From positions 92,938,001 through 93,002,000 of the forward strand of contig OX597814.1 in NCBI GenBank assembly GCA_951406725.2: a DNA stretch of 64,000 nucleotides, written 5' to 3'. Made by a program: the position numbers and the translations under genes. Below, piece by piece: positions 40,038 through 56,257 of the stretch (the first letter of the stretch is position 1; each line of letters begins with the position of its first letter). The notes beneath the pieces were generated by a model. That model worked only from the letters and a program-made list of their open reading frames with translations. It was not told where the DNA came from and made no database searches. Source of the stretch: Octopus vulgaris (taxonomy: Eukaryota).

Positions 40038-40453
40038 TATTTCTTTATTACCCACAAGCGGTTAAACATAGAGGGGACAAACAAGGACAGACAAACGGAT
40101 TAAGTCGATTACATCGACCCCAGTGCGTAACTGGTACTTATTTAATCGACCCCGAAAGGATGAAAGGCAAAGTCAACCTCGGCGTAATTTGAACTCAGAA
40201 CGTAACGGCAGACGAAATACCTATTTCTTTACTACCCACAAGGAGCTAAACACAGAGAGGATAATCAAGGACAGACAAACGGATTAAGTCGATTATATCG
40301 ACACCAGTGCGTAACTAATGCTTATTTAATCGACCTCGAAAGGATGAAAGGCAAAGTCGACCTCGGCGGAATTTGAACTCAGAACGTAACGTCAGACGAA
40401 ATACGGCTACGCATTTCGTCCGGCGCGCTATCGATTCTACCGGTTCGCCGCCT
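40038..40453 (-). mobile_element. Meta-domain SINE family B dimer
   Basis: TSD TGATTGTTCT; internal junction at 40220/1. Confidence 0.85.
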
Positions 40454-41209
40454 TTGATTGTTCTCATCAGTAAGGATGTAGTTTTTTTTAAAATAATTAA
40501 AATGTCTACGTTAGGCAAAAGAAATCGATGGAATAAGTACCAAATTTTAAAATAAGTTCTGCAGTAGATCTGTTCGACCAAACCCTTCAAAGCGGTGTCT
40601 CAGCATTGGTCAAAGTTCAATGATTGAAACAAATAAAGATAAAGGCGAAGATTTTTAAGTTTTTAGGCAGTAGTATCTGCAATGTCAGATATATTTTTTT
40701 ACTGACAGAGTATTCCTGTAATTTTGTGAGAACATGGGAGAATCGTGGTAAACTCTGACAAACTAAACTCGTGAGACATGCACTAACACAACGTATCTGT
40801 AATTTCGAGACATAATATTTAGCTCCTGAAAGGCGGTGAGCAGGTAGAATCGTTAGCACGTCGGGCAAAATGCTTAGCGTCATTTCGTCTGCCTTTACGT
40901 TCTGAGTTCAAATTCTACCAAGGTCGACTTTACCTTTCATCCTTTCGGGGTCGATAAAGTAAGAACCAGTTGACTACTGGGGGTCTATGTAATCGACTTA
41001 CCCTCTCACCAAAATTTTCAGGCCTTGTGCCGTAATTTGAAACCCCTATTTAACTCCAGCTATATTCCTTGTTCAAGTTCACATACACTTGGAAATATCT
41101 TGACTTTTCCCTTTTCATACTGAGAACTTAGTAAAGTTTAGAAAAGTTCACACCGTAAAAGTGTGTGTGTGTATAAACACACACACAAGTTTGGGGCTAC
41201 TTGTAGATA

Positions 41210-41508
41210 AACGTCGCCCTTTTAAAGCCTAGCCAGGCTCATGGGCCCGGTTTCCCGGTTTATGTGGCGTATGTGTCCCCACACCCAGCTGGACGGCACG
41301 CCAATCCATCGCAGCGTTACTCAAGAAACAGGAAGAGAGAGTGAGAGAAAGTTGTGACGAAAGAGTCATCACCAACCCCCGCCGGAACCTCGTGGAGCTT
41401 TTAGGTGTTTTCGCTCAATATACACACACAACGCCAGGTCAGGGAATCGAAACCACGATCCTCCAGTCGCGAGTCTGCTGCCCTAACCACTGGGCCATTG
41501 CGCCTCCG
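41210..41508 (-). mobile_element. SINE family C variant
   Basis: Family C head with a tail related to the 8849-9135 copy. Confidence 0.7.
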
Positions 41509-42016
41509 CTTGTAGTTAAAAGCAACATATATCAAAATGGACTTAAAACAGAACTTGGTTTTTATCCTTGACGCAATGTATGAAAACCGAGTTTTCAGTA
41601 GTGACCTTTCGCGAAGATCTTATTAAATGAAGATCTTATTTCATATTCGATTAAACAGACTACAGTTTATTACTGGTACTCATTTAACTGACGGGTGAAA
41701 TGAATAGATTTGCTTATAAACTAGCCTCTGCTCTCTTAGTGATTCTTGATAAACGTAGGCGAATTAAATGTACGATTCACGATCGATTACCGTTTACATT
41801 TACACAACTCACTTCATTTACTCCATTGCATTGATATTTCATCAACGCATCTTTGACTTTGATTCAGTCATCAATACTAACTCAGATTACACATGGGATC
41901 TTTCCTTGACCCAATTTTCAATAAATCATTGTAAAAGCATTTGAAATGATTTTATCATTCATAAAGCCTTGTAAAAGAGACAATCATTATTCATAAAATA
42001 ATCTTAATATACTCTT

Positions 42017-42128
42017 AATATAATATATTAAGGTCGGCTCATAACCTCCACTCACTGAATAAATGGTAATATTTGTTACTATTTATTCAGTGGGTGAAGG
42101 TTATGAGCCGACCGTAATATGTTATATT
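42017..42128. repeat. Near-perfect palindrome/hairpin
   Basis: GGTCGGCTCATAACC...GGTTATGAGCCGACC; about 40-bp stem with 1 mismatch and 3 G-U pairs on the plus strand. Confidence 0.85.
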
Positions 42129-42551
42129 TAGCTCATTGCTATATGACATTTTTGTTCAGCAATTTATCTGAAAGCAGTTCTCCATTAACAGTAAGTGTTA
42201 GATTTTGTTTTGTTTTGTTTTTTACAGTTTCGTCAACATCTGTTCATTTTATTGAATTAATATGTGTAACGTTAAATGTGCAGTCAGCTTGGTTAAATGT
42301 TTTGAAATAAAAGCAGACTTTAATTATATAACGTCTTGTTAAGACCAGTGTTTAGCTCCAGTTTATATAGCATCAAGCCGACGAGAGTATCATATTGTCT
42401 TGTAAGTAGCTTTTCTTGAGACACATGGAATGCAATTATCTTTTATCTTTTTTATCATTTACTTGTTTCAGTCATTAGACTGCAGCCAGCTGGGGTACTG
42501 CCTAAGAATTTTTTGTCGAATGAACTGATCCCAGTACTTTTTTTAAAGACT

Positions 42552-43608
42552 TGTAGCGTAGCTAGGTGATGTCATCACTGTTTGAGAGATATATTAGAAA
42601 TGATCTCGTGTTAGATAGCAACCATCTTCGGATATTTTGACCCTGTTGTGTCCCCTGCTCTGATTGGTTGACAGTGGCACAGTTTGTCTCTTGACTTATT
42701 TCGCGCGAATGTGTAAACCAACCAATCACAACCTTCCGATAAGGTCCCATGACACAGTCTTTTTGGGATTTCACTGGAGCCCACCTCAGGTTATAAAAGG
42801 CGCCAGCAAATCACTATTTTTCGTCTTGGGTTCTAGTCCTTCTCAGGACTAATCTCTGACCACTGAGCGACTCAGCCAGTTCCTTGTTCCAGTGACGACC
42901 TGACCAGCTTGTTTCAGCGGCACAGCCATGTTCCTGCTCCAGTCAACGACGATGCTAACATACACCAGCAACGCAGGACGTTCTCCATCTCCGTCGCCTT
43001 CATCTCCAGCACCACCAATATGTTCACAGCAACTCGCTCAGGTTTAGCCTACACGCTGTTGTGATATTCACCGAGTTAACAGCACAGCACTTCCTGCGAG
43101 ATCATCTGTACCAATGTAACCTGGCACAGCATTGAAGTCACAACCGCTACACGACATGTGTTCAACCGGCATTCTGCCTTGTGACCCCTACATCCTGTTA
43201 CAGAACTACAACTATTGTGTAACCTTATTATGAACTGGTAAATTAACTCCATATTATCTGAAATATCCTGAGAGACTCATTCTATGCTCTGTATTGTATT
43301 CTGTTTTACTCGCATATACCTTTGTTTGTACTTCTGTAGCACACACGAACACAACGGACACACAGACACATGTGCACGCACTCAGACACTCCACTTTGCT
43401 AGCACTCACATACGTTCTTATTGTACACATCTGTAAATAAAGTCTTTCTTCTCTCAAACAGTATAACGGTTGTGTCGTCTTTCTTATTCCTTTTGGCACT
43501 CATTCTTTATACCATGTATTTGGCTTCTTTGTTCGGGACGACTGTGTGGTGTTTAAAAGGAGACATTTCTGTCACCAACTCCTTACGTACGGTCGTATTA
43601 TCCCTACA
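42552..43608 (+). mobile_element. Solo LTR inserted in a family A SINE
   Basis: TGTAG...CTACA termini, 4-bp flanks GACT/GCCT, TATAAAA at about 42792, AATAAA at about 43436; the SINE continues on both sides. Confidence 0.75.
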
Positions 43609-43974
43609 GCCTGATACTTATTCCATCGGTCTCTCTTGCCGAACTGTTAAGTTACGGAGGTGTAAACACACCAACACTGGTTGTCAAGCGGTGGTGGGTA
43701 CACACACACGACTGGCTTCTTTTAATTTCCATCTACCAAATCTACCGACAAAGCTTTGGTAGGTCCGAGGCTATAGTGGAAGATACTTGCCCAAGGTGCC
43801 ACGCAGTGGAACTGAACCTGGAACCATGTGGCTGGAAAGCACACACAGCCACGCCTGTGCAACGTTTTTTTCTCTATCTCACCTTTCCTGCTTGAATTAA
43901 AAGCTACATTTCACCGAATTGATATTGTATCAGTAGAAAGGTAGGTGCCTCGTATCATGATGGTTCTTGTCCCA

Positions 43975-43975
43975 A

Positions 43976-44026
<51 letters not shown>

Positions 44027-44083
44027 TATAATAATAATAATAATAATAATAAAAATATAATAATAATAATAATAATAATAAAA

Positions 44084-44150
<67 letters not shown>

Positions 44151-44167
44151 AATAAATAAATAAATAA
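43975..44167. repeat. (AAT)n/(AAAT)n microsatellite
   Basis: Direct observation. Confidence 0.95.
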
Positions 44168-44999
44168 CCTCTCAGTTTCATTCCACAGAGAGGTACATGC
44201 AAACACATTGCAAGTATGTACGCAAACATGTGCTCACATACACAGATGTATACTCACTATCATTATGGAATTTTTCAAGGCGAAACAAAACTGTTTTCAG
44301 GCTTCGGAGAAAGAGATATGTTCGTTTCAAAATTCAAGGGGGCTGTTACGGTTTTGTTTTAAGAGATGAATCTATCAGATATATAATCGTACCCTTACCG
44401 CTATTTCTCTGTTGATTCGGACCAATTTACCAGTCGAAATATTCTTATATAACCCATGTTATATAACCGGGATCCGGACAAAAGCCCCCTAGAACAAAAG
44501 CTCCCTAAGACAAAAGCCCCTTAGACAAAAGCCCCACGGTTATATTTTCGGTAGTTTTTTCTCTTCACCTTCCACTTGTTTCAGTCATTAGGCTGTGGCC
44601 ATGCTGGGGCACCGCCCAGAAGAATTCTTAGTTGAACGTATCGACCCCCAGATTTTTTGGATTTTTTACTTGTTGCAGTTATTAGACAGCGGCCGCCCAT
44701 GCTGGGGCACCACCTTGAAGAATTTTTAGATGGCTGGATGGAACCAAGAATTTTTTTAAAGCGTGATCAAAACCACTTCTGTGATATATTTCGTTTTCTT
44801 TTTCTTTTTACTTGTTGCAGTCATTAGACTGCGGCCATGCTGGAGCACGACATTAAGGAATTTTTAGTCGAGTGTATCGACCCCAGAATTTTTTTTAATG
44901 ATGTTCAATCAGCTCATGAATTTAAGCCTAGGTTTCTCTACATGCCAGAAATACCAGCCAAATCTCACACAATTTTCTTTTTATAATTTCACGTAAGCA

Positions 45000-46305
45000 A
45001 AAACGGAAATCGCGGTAGTAAAAAAAAAATCATTGGCAAGACTTCCGTCCCCCCCGCCCCCAAACCACCCTTATAAATTTTTTTCGACCCCCCCCCCCCT
45101 TTCGGCTACGGGGAATATGAATCAGCAAAAAAAAATTTGGCAAAAATCAACATTTCTAAATTACCACCCCCACTTCCATTTCTTTCATTTTAAACTTTTT
45201 TCACAATTTTTTTTCAAAATATGCAGAAAAATACGGAGATTATGATTCTGAAAAAAATTCCAAAAATCTTTGTAAAATTTTTTTTTTAAGAATTTTTTTT
45301 CTAAATATGCGGAAAAATACGGACATCATAATTCGGACAAAAATTTCAAAACATTTCTGTACTTACAGTTACGGTTTTAGGGTTAGGGTTAGGGTTAGGG
45401 ATTTATGGTTAGGGTTAAAGTTTTATGGTTAGGGTTAAGGGTTAGGGTTAGGGTTTTAGGGTTAGTATTGGGGATAAAAGTAAAAATTGAAGAAGTTGGG
45501 GGAGAATTTTGGCAATGCTGATTTTTGGCAACTTTCCGGAAGCTCCGTATCCGAAAACGGGGATTTTTAGCAGAAAAAAAAAATTACAAAAATAAACAAA
45601 TTTAGGAGAAAATTGGGGAGGGGGGAGTCTTTCCAAATTATTTTCCAAAATTCCAGTTTTTATGTAAACAAAATATATTCAATCGAAAAACGGTGTCAAA
45701 TCATCTGTGTTCCTCACAATGGTATGCTCCATGTGTTTCAATTATTTTCCTCGTTTTTAGAATAATTTTGAAGTTTGAAAATGAAAATAGGGTTAGGGTT
45801 AATGTTAGGGTTAGGGGTGGGGGGAAGGGTATCTTTTTTTTCTTCAGAAATGTAAATAAACCCAATCTGTTTCTTAAACGAATATATAATATGTAATGTG
45901 TGTATCTGTGCAACAGAGAGGGAAATTAAAACTGCATACGTTGTGAACTTAGAATATGTGTTTATTGATAAAAAAATTAATAACGATAATCTTTTATTCA
46001 AACGAACGTAACTGATACGAAATATGTCATAAATAACAGTGACGAATTGATATGACACCGCCAGAAAATGTTGTTGACAAAGAACCGGAGAAATTGTATT
46101 CACCTCAATAGACGTCATTGATTGGTTGAAATTGCCGAAATGATAGAAATTAAACAACAAATAGCTTACAAACTACAGAATTTTCTCAAGAAAGCCAAGA
46201 GAAAAAGATGTTTTATGTAACACATTCTACCAGTATACGAAGTTTAAAAGTGTTTAGTTTCAAAGAAATTATTTTAAAAATCTGCCGGTCAGAGCGAAAA
46301 GATCC
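45000..46305. mobile_element. Composite DNA-transposon remnants with TTAGGG arrays; right end matches the Merlin-like MITE TIR
   Basis: TTAGGG tracts at 45376-45465 and 45788-45815; 45790-46305 matches 52800-53151; ends GAAAAGATCC. Left boundary not resolved. Confidence 0.6.
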
Positions 46306-46344
46306 GTTCCATCTAATGTAACTCCGTTCAGAAGGTTGTGTTGT

Positions 46345-47035
<691 letters not shown>

Positions 47036-47060
47036 CACTTAACTAAATCATGTATATATA

Positions 47061-48345
<1,285 letters not shown>

Positions 48346-48361
48346 TGTACACACACACACA

Positions 48362-48445
<84 letters not shown>

Positions 48446-48479
48446 TAGCATACTGATATTCATGCTTATAGTATACAAA

Positions 48480-49671
48480 GTGGGCTTAACTCTTTTATCT
48501 ACTTTTTTTTAACCAACAGGCTATTCAAATTGCCTATGTTGGTAGAGTTTCTCTTCCTATATATAAAGGTCTTACCTAACATAATCTGTATCACAAGAAA
48601 TGTACTTGCTCTATCGTTGACTCAGTGACACGAATCCTCTTTCAAAGAATTTATGGTTTACCCACTTCTTCACAGGCACTTTTACCTAATCTGTTTCATC
48701 AAATAGTTGTCCCCCGAAGATTGACTTCTAACAGGTAGGAGTCGAAGGGTACCAAATATAGGCTGTACAGTGGGTGGGGGAACCACCGGCCAGCTCAGCT
48801 TGCCGATTGCCTGATTTCTTGCCAAAGATATGAGTGGTCCATTTTTGCTATGGTGAATGTGGATACTTTTCAGATTCTTGTTCGATCTCTTTGTCCTAAT
48901 GGCTTCTCTAAACCTTTTGAGTTTCAATGTACCGCTTGCTGTTTATGGTACAATCGCGTTTCAGAAAACAATCCCGAAAAAGTCATCATGATTGTCTGTA
49001 CCGATCGCTGGCTCTTGAACTTCTTCGGCTTTGGAAAAGAGCTTCGGGACCATTCATATACTGAGCCTTCGTTTCTGAATCATAAAGATACGGTCATGTT
49101 TCAGCCCTCTCACCAGATCTCTGGCTTTATCAAGGCAGACTTCTATCCTTCAAATCAAGTGTCAACTGCCGAGGTATGAGGTATACACTTTTCATACACT
49201 TTCCTTTACACAAAGTATTCCGCAATCTACTGTAGTGCATTCTGACTACAGTTCCCTTGTGCAGCAAGCTCACGGACTGTGGCTCATCATTCTTCACAAA
49301 TCAATTCATCCACTCGCTGGTGATTTGTGTCAGTAGTCGCATTTAAATGTTTCTTACTGCGATGTTTGTCATTAATGCTGGTTTCCCTTCATCTATCTCT
49401 GTACATTACTCTTGTCAGTTATGTCATCTCTATGATCAACTTGTAGACTTCTGTAAATGTTAGCGAGCCTATATCCCTCCTTCGTCAAGAACTCACTGAC
49501 AGTACACTGCTTCAGCTTGAACCTCATTATTTGTTTGCAATAAAGAAGAACGGGAAGAAGAGTCACTATAGAAGAAGAGTTACTCTACAAACATGTGCAA
49601 TTTGAATGACTTATGTCATTTAATAAAAATGTTATGACCACTTTTGTATTACTTTTGAGACAACCCTCATA
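48480..49671 (-). mobile_element. Degenerate mariner transposon
   Basis: KLKRFREAIRTKR...HIHH (HHDNA region), PLYSLYLVPFDSYL (PPYSPDLAPSDYHL); TA-TGAGGGTTGTCTCAAAAGT terminus at 49671. Confidence 0.75.
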
Positions 49672-49849
49672 TGTGACCTTTTCGTACTTTTACGGCTGCG
49701 AATACACCAATAAAACTACTTGTTGACAAAATCTGCAATTTCTAAATTTAGGAAAACAACATCAATATATAAAGTTATATATTCAGTAAATTATTTACAA
49801 TCTTTGGTTCAGAAAAGTCGGTCTGTTTTTCTCTTATCGATATTCTGCT

Positions 49850-50455
49850 ATCTTTAATTTCTCTGTATAATTCTAGCTAGCTAGTATTACTTGGATAGCA
49901 ATTTTACGTCTTCTGAATCTCCATAAATAATATTTTGCATATCTGGTTGAAATCCAAACCGTAAGCAAGAAAATATTTTGGCTATTTTTATAATCACGCA
50001 ATCAATATATCATTCGTAATGCGACAAACTTCCTGTCCAGCAATATAGCATCTGTTGCATCTTCAACCTGCATTTATTTATAACATATTTGTTCTTTCAA
50101 TAGTTAATACACATGTTTCACATTAATTCTCGCCCACTTTAAGGGCTTCTTGAGAAAACTATTCATGTGAAGCTATTAATTTCTTTTTCAAAGAATTAAT
50201 ATCAGCAGTTATTTTTAAAAAATTCGTTTATGTGTCTCCAAGACGTTTCTGTATTCGACTGATAAATGATAAAAGGTTTTTCCAAACGCGCATGAAAATG
50301 AAATGTAAGCAAACGTTGCAGAACCTTATAAGCTCTACTTTTTGTTTCAGTCGTGTTGCCATTCCCACTTAACTGCTCGAACAATTCTAACAATTATTAA
50401 TCCAGTTTTCATGTATAACATTTATTACCCTTTCTTTTGTATTCTATCGTCTTTC
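49850..50455 (-). mobile_element. hAT-like transposase remnant
   Basis: R*NTKERVINVIHENW / LLELFEQLS...TKSRAYKVLQRLLTFHF resembles the hAT TRWS...A..LL..L..FEF region. Confidence 0.4.
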
Positions 50456-50459
50456 TTAG

Positions 50460-50667
50460 TTTTACTTTTACTTGTTTCAGTCATTTGACTGCGGCCATGC
50501 TGGAGCACCGCCTTTAGTCGAGCAAATCAACCCCAGGACTTATTCTTTGAAAGCCTAGTACTTATTCTATCGGTCTCTTTTGCCGAACCGCTAAGTTACG
50601 GGGACGTAAACACACCAGCATCGGTTGTCAAGCGATGCTAGGGGGACAAACACAGACACACAAACAT

Positions 50668-50700
<33 letters not shown>

Positions 50701-51107
50701 CATATATACGACGGGCTTCTTTCAGTTTCTGTCTACCAAATCCACTCACAAGGCTTTGGTCGGCCTGAGGCTATAGTAGAAGACACTTGCCCAAGGTGCC
50801 ACGCAGTGGGACTGAACCCAGAACCATGTGGTTGGTAAGCAAGCTACTTACCTATTTCTTTATTACCCACAAGGGGCTAAACACAGAGGGGACAAACAAG
50901 GACAGACATAGGTATTAAGTCGATTACATCGACCTCAGTGCGTAACTGGTACTTAATTTATCGACCCCGAAAGGATGAAAGGCAAAGTCGACCTCGGCGG
51001 AATTTGAACTCAGAACGTAACGCAGACGAAATACCGCTTAGCATTTCGCCCAGCGTGCTAACGTTTCTGCCAGCTCGCCGCCTTAGCTACTTACCACACA
51101 GCCACTC
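50460..51107 (-). mobile_element. SINE family A with nested family B SINE (50852-51084)
   Basis: Nested copy has TSD AGCTACTTAC (50842-50851, 51085-51094). Confidence 0.88.
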
Positions 51108-51906
51108 CACTTGTTCACACTTAACAGAGATCTTAAGCTCCTGCTGTAATTTTTCCCATCAAGTTGTCAGATGAATAACTGGCACTCCGTCGGTTACTAT
51201 GACGATGACGGTTCCAGTTGATCCGATCAACGGAACAGCCTGCTCGTGAAATTTATGAGAAGTGACTGAACACTTCAAAAACACGCATACTCTTAATGTA
51301 GGTTCTCAGAGAGATCCAGCGTGACAAGGCTGATCTTTTGAAATATAGATACTGCTCATTTCTGCCAGCTGAGTGAACTGGAGTAATGTGAAATAAAGTG
51401 TCTTGCTCAAGGACACAACGCGCCGCCGGGAATCGAACTTACGATCGTGAGTCGAATACCCTAACCACTAAGCCACGCACCTTCACTGTCAGATGAATAT
51501 ACAAATAATAAATGGTTTTAGCTATACTTTTTGTTTAAAAAAGCTGATAGCCTGTTTGCAAATTTATAGGAAGAAGAAATATTCAATTTAAATTATGACC
51601 GTCACAGTTTATAAACACTACTTTTGAATTTGTCGAGAATTCTGCTGAACGCCTGACAGATAACCTGACATAACAACAGGATCGAAACATGATGACTCAA
51701 TAAAATTTTATTTGCCTCTGATTTTGTGCTTATTGTCTTCTCAATATTCGCAGTGTCCATTCTGCCGAGGTCGACTTTGCATTTCATCATTTTGGGGTCG
51801 ATAAAACAGGTCCCAGTTGAGAACTGGGATCGATGTAATCGACTTATCTCCGCCCCCGAAATTGCTGGCCTTGTGCCACAACTTGAAACCAATATCTGCG
51901 GTATAT

Positions 51907-52305
51907 AAGGCGGAGAGCCGGTAGAATCGTTAGCACCCGGGCGAAATGCTTAGAGGTATTTCGTCTGCCGTTGCGTTCTGAGTTCAAATTCCGCCGAGGT
52001 CGACTTTGCCTTTCATCCTTTCGGGGTCGATTAAATAAGTACCAGTTACGCACTGAGGTAGACATAATCGACTTAATCCGTTTGTCTGTCCTCGTTTGTC
52101 CTCTCTGTGTTTAGCCCTTTGTGGGTAGTAAAGAAATAGGTATTTCGTCCATCTTCATGTTCTGAATTCAAATTCCGCTGAGATCGACTTTGCTGTTCAT
52201 CCTTTCGAGGTCGATAAAATAAGTACCAGCTGAGCTGTGGGGGCGATATAATCGACTTGCCCCCTTTCGCAAAATTGCTGGCCTTTTGCCAAAATTTGAA
52301 ACCAA
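51907..52305 (+). mobile_element. Family B SINE chimera: head, young body and tail, then old-subfamily body and tail
   Basis: Junction AAAGAAATAG|GTATTTCG at 52139/40; the distal unit ends AAATTGCTGGCCTTTTGCCAAAATTTGAAACC. Confidence 0.8.
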
Positions 52306-52697
52306 TTTTTGCAGTATCGTTTTTCTTTTACATTCAATAAGTTACCAAACAACTCTTTGACTTTTCTTTTCTAGAAGTTATTGTCAACTAAATGAATCAC
52401 TCGGGCCAATTGTGTCGATGGCCTAAATCAGATGGGGGATAAAATATATTACCATAATTTTTTTTTCTATGACTTGCTGACAAACAATAATTTCGCAAAT
52501 GCGAAGCGGTAATATTGATAAGCTTATTTTGGATTTCAAAATAAACTAAGATATTAAATTTTTTTTTTTACATGCTCTTTCACAACTGGATCATATTTTG
52601 CTTATAACTGCAAAAGGCACAGAAAATTTCCAGGGTTTTCATTTCAAGTTATATACTCAGAATTATCGCAAAATACAAGATTATGCGTAGCTAAATA

Positions 52698-53151
52698 GGA
52701 TCTTTTCGGTTTGAACGGCATTTTTTTCTAGCGGTGTCATATGAAATTGCCACCTATAATTATGACCCGAGTATCGATCTATTGCATTTCAATCTGTTTT
52801 AGGGTTGGGGTTTGTTAGGGTTAGGGTTATGGTTAGGGTTATGGTTAGGGTTAGGGGTGGAGGGAAGGGTATCTTTTTTCTTCACAAATGTAAATAAACC
52901 CAATCTGTTTCTTAATCGAGGGACATATTCATACAGCACAGAATGTTTTCACCTCAATAGACGTCATTGATTGGTTGAAATTGCAGAAATTGAAGAAAAA
53001 TAAACAAATATCTTACAAACTATAGAATTTTTTCAATAAAGCCAAGAGAAAAAGATGTTTTATAAAAACATTCTACCAGTATACGAAGTTTAAAAGTGTT
53101 TAGTTACGTGGAAATTATTTTTAAAAACTGCCGTTCAAACCGAAAAGATCT
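52698..53151. mobile_element. MITE with TTAGGG repeats (Merlin-like)
   Basis: TIR GGATCTTTTCGGTTTGAACGGC...GCCGTTCAAACCGAAAAGATCT; perfect 8-bp TSD GCTAAATA. Confidence 0.88.
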
Positions 53152-54200
53152 GCTAAATATTGTGTAAAACCCAGCAACCATCGCAGTACATCTCTCCTTT
53201 TATTGTTCTTCTGTTGTATTTGACTTTTCAGCCAGCTCTTCGTCAATACCACTTTGAAGACAGTTTCAGCGCTTAATTTTTTTTTGTTTTCAAGTAGAAT
53301 ATGACTCACAATTACTATCGCTGTTTCAATGGGCATATAACATTTCAATGTTTTTCCTTTTCGTTTTTTCCATTTAATGAGTCCATCCCCTTGTTTTGAC
53401 AGCAGACTAACAATCGGATGCCATATGCGTTGATGGTAAAGAAGACAACATAAATAGTATACTGCGTTATGCAGAAAGGAATACACTAAATAGAAGAGAT
53501 TGGCCTCTCGTCTATTCAGAATGCGTCATTTGAACCAAAATGCGGTCGTAGAAATCTGTCATCGGCATCAAAATGACTGCTTTTTAATTGAAACCAGTCT
53601 GTTCCAAATTTAACAATTAGTGTGATGTCCAGTGTTACAACTGTTCGGCTGTTGTACCAAATTTAACAATTTGTGTGATATGTATGTGTTACAACCGTTC
53701 GGCTGTTGTATCAAATTTCATCAAGTCAATATTAATAAAATATTTATTAGGTTATCCTCTTAAGCATCACAATCCTGTAGATTTTTTGTGGCGCAGTGCA
53801 ATCCGATTGTTTATTATTGTTGTAGTTTTCGACAGAACTGAGAACAGTTCAGTCATTGTTTTCGTTTTCAAAGGATGTAGAGTGTTCATGATTTTGCACT
53901 TTGACCACGGTGCTTCCTTCAAAAGGAACAGATGCTAGCTTATTGGAGCCATCACTTTCACCTCTCGTGAAATTGTTCTATTCAACCTTCGAATCTATGA
54001 ATTATACTCGTTATTATTTTATTTTTTACCCCATATTTGTGTTCCGCTTTCTTTATTTCACATAATGAAATAAAAGAATAAATTAATACATGCTGGCTAC
54101 GGAGTTTAGTCTCAAAGCAGGCAAACTGTTTCTTTCAAATCAAACAAACGTTCGTATTTGGTTCAATAGGCCATGATGTCGAAAGAGATCATAATGCATA

Positions 54201-54498
54201 TCTTTATATATAAAAGTGAAGTTGTGTGTCTGTCTCCTACGATTAAGATTCCTAACTACTCCCACATTTTGCGGTGCAGTTTAACCAAAAGCGGGTATCT
54301 TATAATCGTGATACATATCGAGCCCTTCTGGGTACTAGCGCGCGTCTACGATGAGTCTACGATTTAAAAAAAGAATTACCATCATTTTTTCCCATTTTTA
54401 ATGCATTTTTTGCTATTATATAAGGGAAGTAACTCTCTAAAAATGCTTATATAGTTATTTCCCTTACAAACCCGAGCAACGCCGGGCGATACTGCTAG
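54201..54498 (+). mobile_element. Non-autonomous Helitron
   Basis: A|TC start, CCCGAGCAACGCCGGG hairpin, CTAG|T end. Confidence 0.85.
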
Positions 54499-54774
54499 TT
54501 TTTAATAAAGATATCAGGAAAACAAAAGCAAGTATCTCTGAAGTCTTTCTGAGTCGGTCATACATCAGAATATTTTATTTTATCTTATTTTTATACATGT
54601 TTCTTAGATAAAGCAATTCAACGAATCTTTATATCCAGTATAAAACCTCATGTTCCTGATTGCCTCAGTAAAATATCCATTTGTTCTTGTTCTACACGGC
54701 GGTCATAATTTCGGTAGGGTGAAAAATTCGATCGAGTCTTAATTTTGATCTATTTTATTAAATTTTGTTAAACA

Positions 54775-55180
54775 TAGGCGTAGGAGTGGCTGTGTGCTAA
54801 GTAGCTTGCTTACCAACCACATGGTTCCGAGTTCAGTCCCACCGCGTGGCACCTTGGGCAAGTGTCTTCTACTATAGCCTCGGACCGACCAAAGCCTTGT
54901 GAGTGGATTTAATAGACGGAAACTGAAAGAAGCCCGTCGTTTATAAGTATATATATATATATATATATGTGTGTATGTTTGTGTGTCTGTGTTTGTCCCC
55001 CCAACATCGCTTGACAACAGATGCTAGTGTGTTTACGTCCCCGTAACTTAGCGGTTGGCAAAAGAGACCAATAGAACAAGTACTAGGCTTACAAAGAATC
55101 CTAGGGTCGATTTGCTCGACTAAAAGGCGGTGCTCCAGCATGGCCACTGTCAAATGACTGAAACAAGTAAAAGAGTAAAA
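54775..55180 (+). mobile_element. SINE family A
   Basis: Full family A copy. Confidence 0.88.
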
Positions 55181-55533
55181 GAATATACTCAATAAAGGAA
55201 GGGGAAAAAAAGGCAATAAAATGAAAGGTATTTAATACTTATTTCAGTCAAATATCTGAGTTCAATTCTAATGTTTTCACTTATATTTGGGCAGAAATGA
55301 CACCTCAAGCAGTTAGTATACATTTTCATTCGATCGCATTTTTCATTTTTATTATTTTTTTTTTCTGCAATAAGTAGATGTTCTTCGCAGATGACTTCTT
55401 TAGACTCTTGCAGACTTACTCATTTGAGCGTGAACATCACTGGAATCGTCTTGAGCAGTGGTTCTTAACCAGGGTCCATATCTGACCGCCAGAGTACATT
55501 GTGTGTGTGTGTGAGTGTGTGTGTGTGTTAAAA

Positions 55534-55917
55534 TCTCTCTTTATATAAACGGTAGTTTGTCTGTGCGTGTTTCTGTGTGTCTGTTTGCTTGTACCCTCAC
55601 CCTGACCACGGCTTTCAACCGATTCTGATGAAACTTGACACACACATAGCCCAATGTCATAATTCAAAACTAACGCAGCGAAAATTTTGAAAAGTTCACC
55701 CAGTTCTGAAAAAAAATCGATAAATTCGACATGGGGTCGAGAATCAGAAACACAAACCGCAAACTGTCTAGGGGACGCAACTCCACCTTTTTTTACTCTC
55801 AAAAAAATTTACCATTATTTTTTTCCATTTTTTTGCTATTTTGTGGCTACAACTCTCTAAAAATGCTTTATAGTTATTTCCCTTACAAACCTGAGCAACG
55901 CCGGGCGATACTGCTAG
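55534..55917 (+). mobile_element. Non-autonomous Helitron
   Basis: A|TC...hairpin...CTAG|T; empty paralogous site at about 57368. Confidence 0.88.
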
Positions 55918-56257
55918 TAATATATAAAATTAATCTCATACAAGGTTATTATGATTAAAGAGAAGAAAAAGAAAGTATGGAACGCTCTTCATCGGTATTC
56001 AACGAGGATATTAAAAAAAAAACACGCCAAAATTATAACCGCCCCCGTATATACAAATAACGCAGCATAAATTCGACTTCTGCAGTAAAAGCTCTATAAT
56101 GATAACATTATCAAAACCACATACTTAACGTTTGTGCTGTTTAAACCCCATAAGATTTTGTGGCTAAAATTTTTGCACAGTAAACTGGTTATACTTCTGC
56201 AATATAAAAAATATTTTAATAATTTTTTTGTTTTAATACAATTCCTAAGAATGTCTG

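Noticed and set aside
45376-45465. TTAGGG array as a telomere or chromosome fusion site
   Set aside because: Short, degenerate and embedded in DNA-transposon-like repeats found elsewhere in the window.
53160-53990. Coding-like stretch with a ~55-bp tandem duplication (53600-53720)
   Set aside because: No recognisable motif or sustained frame; probably a decayed TE that cannot be classified by eye.
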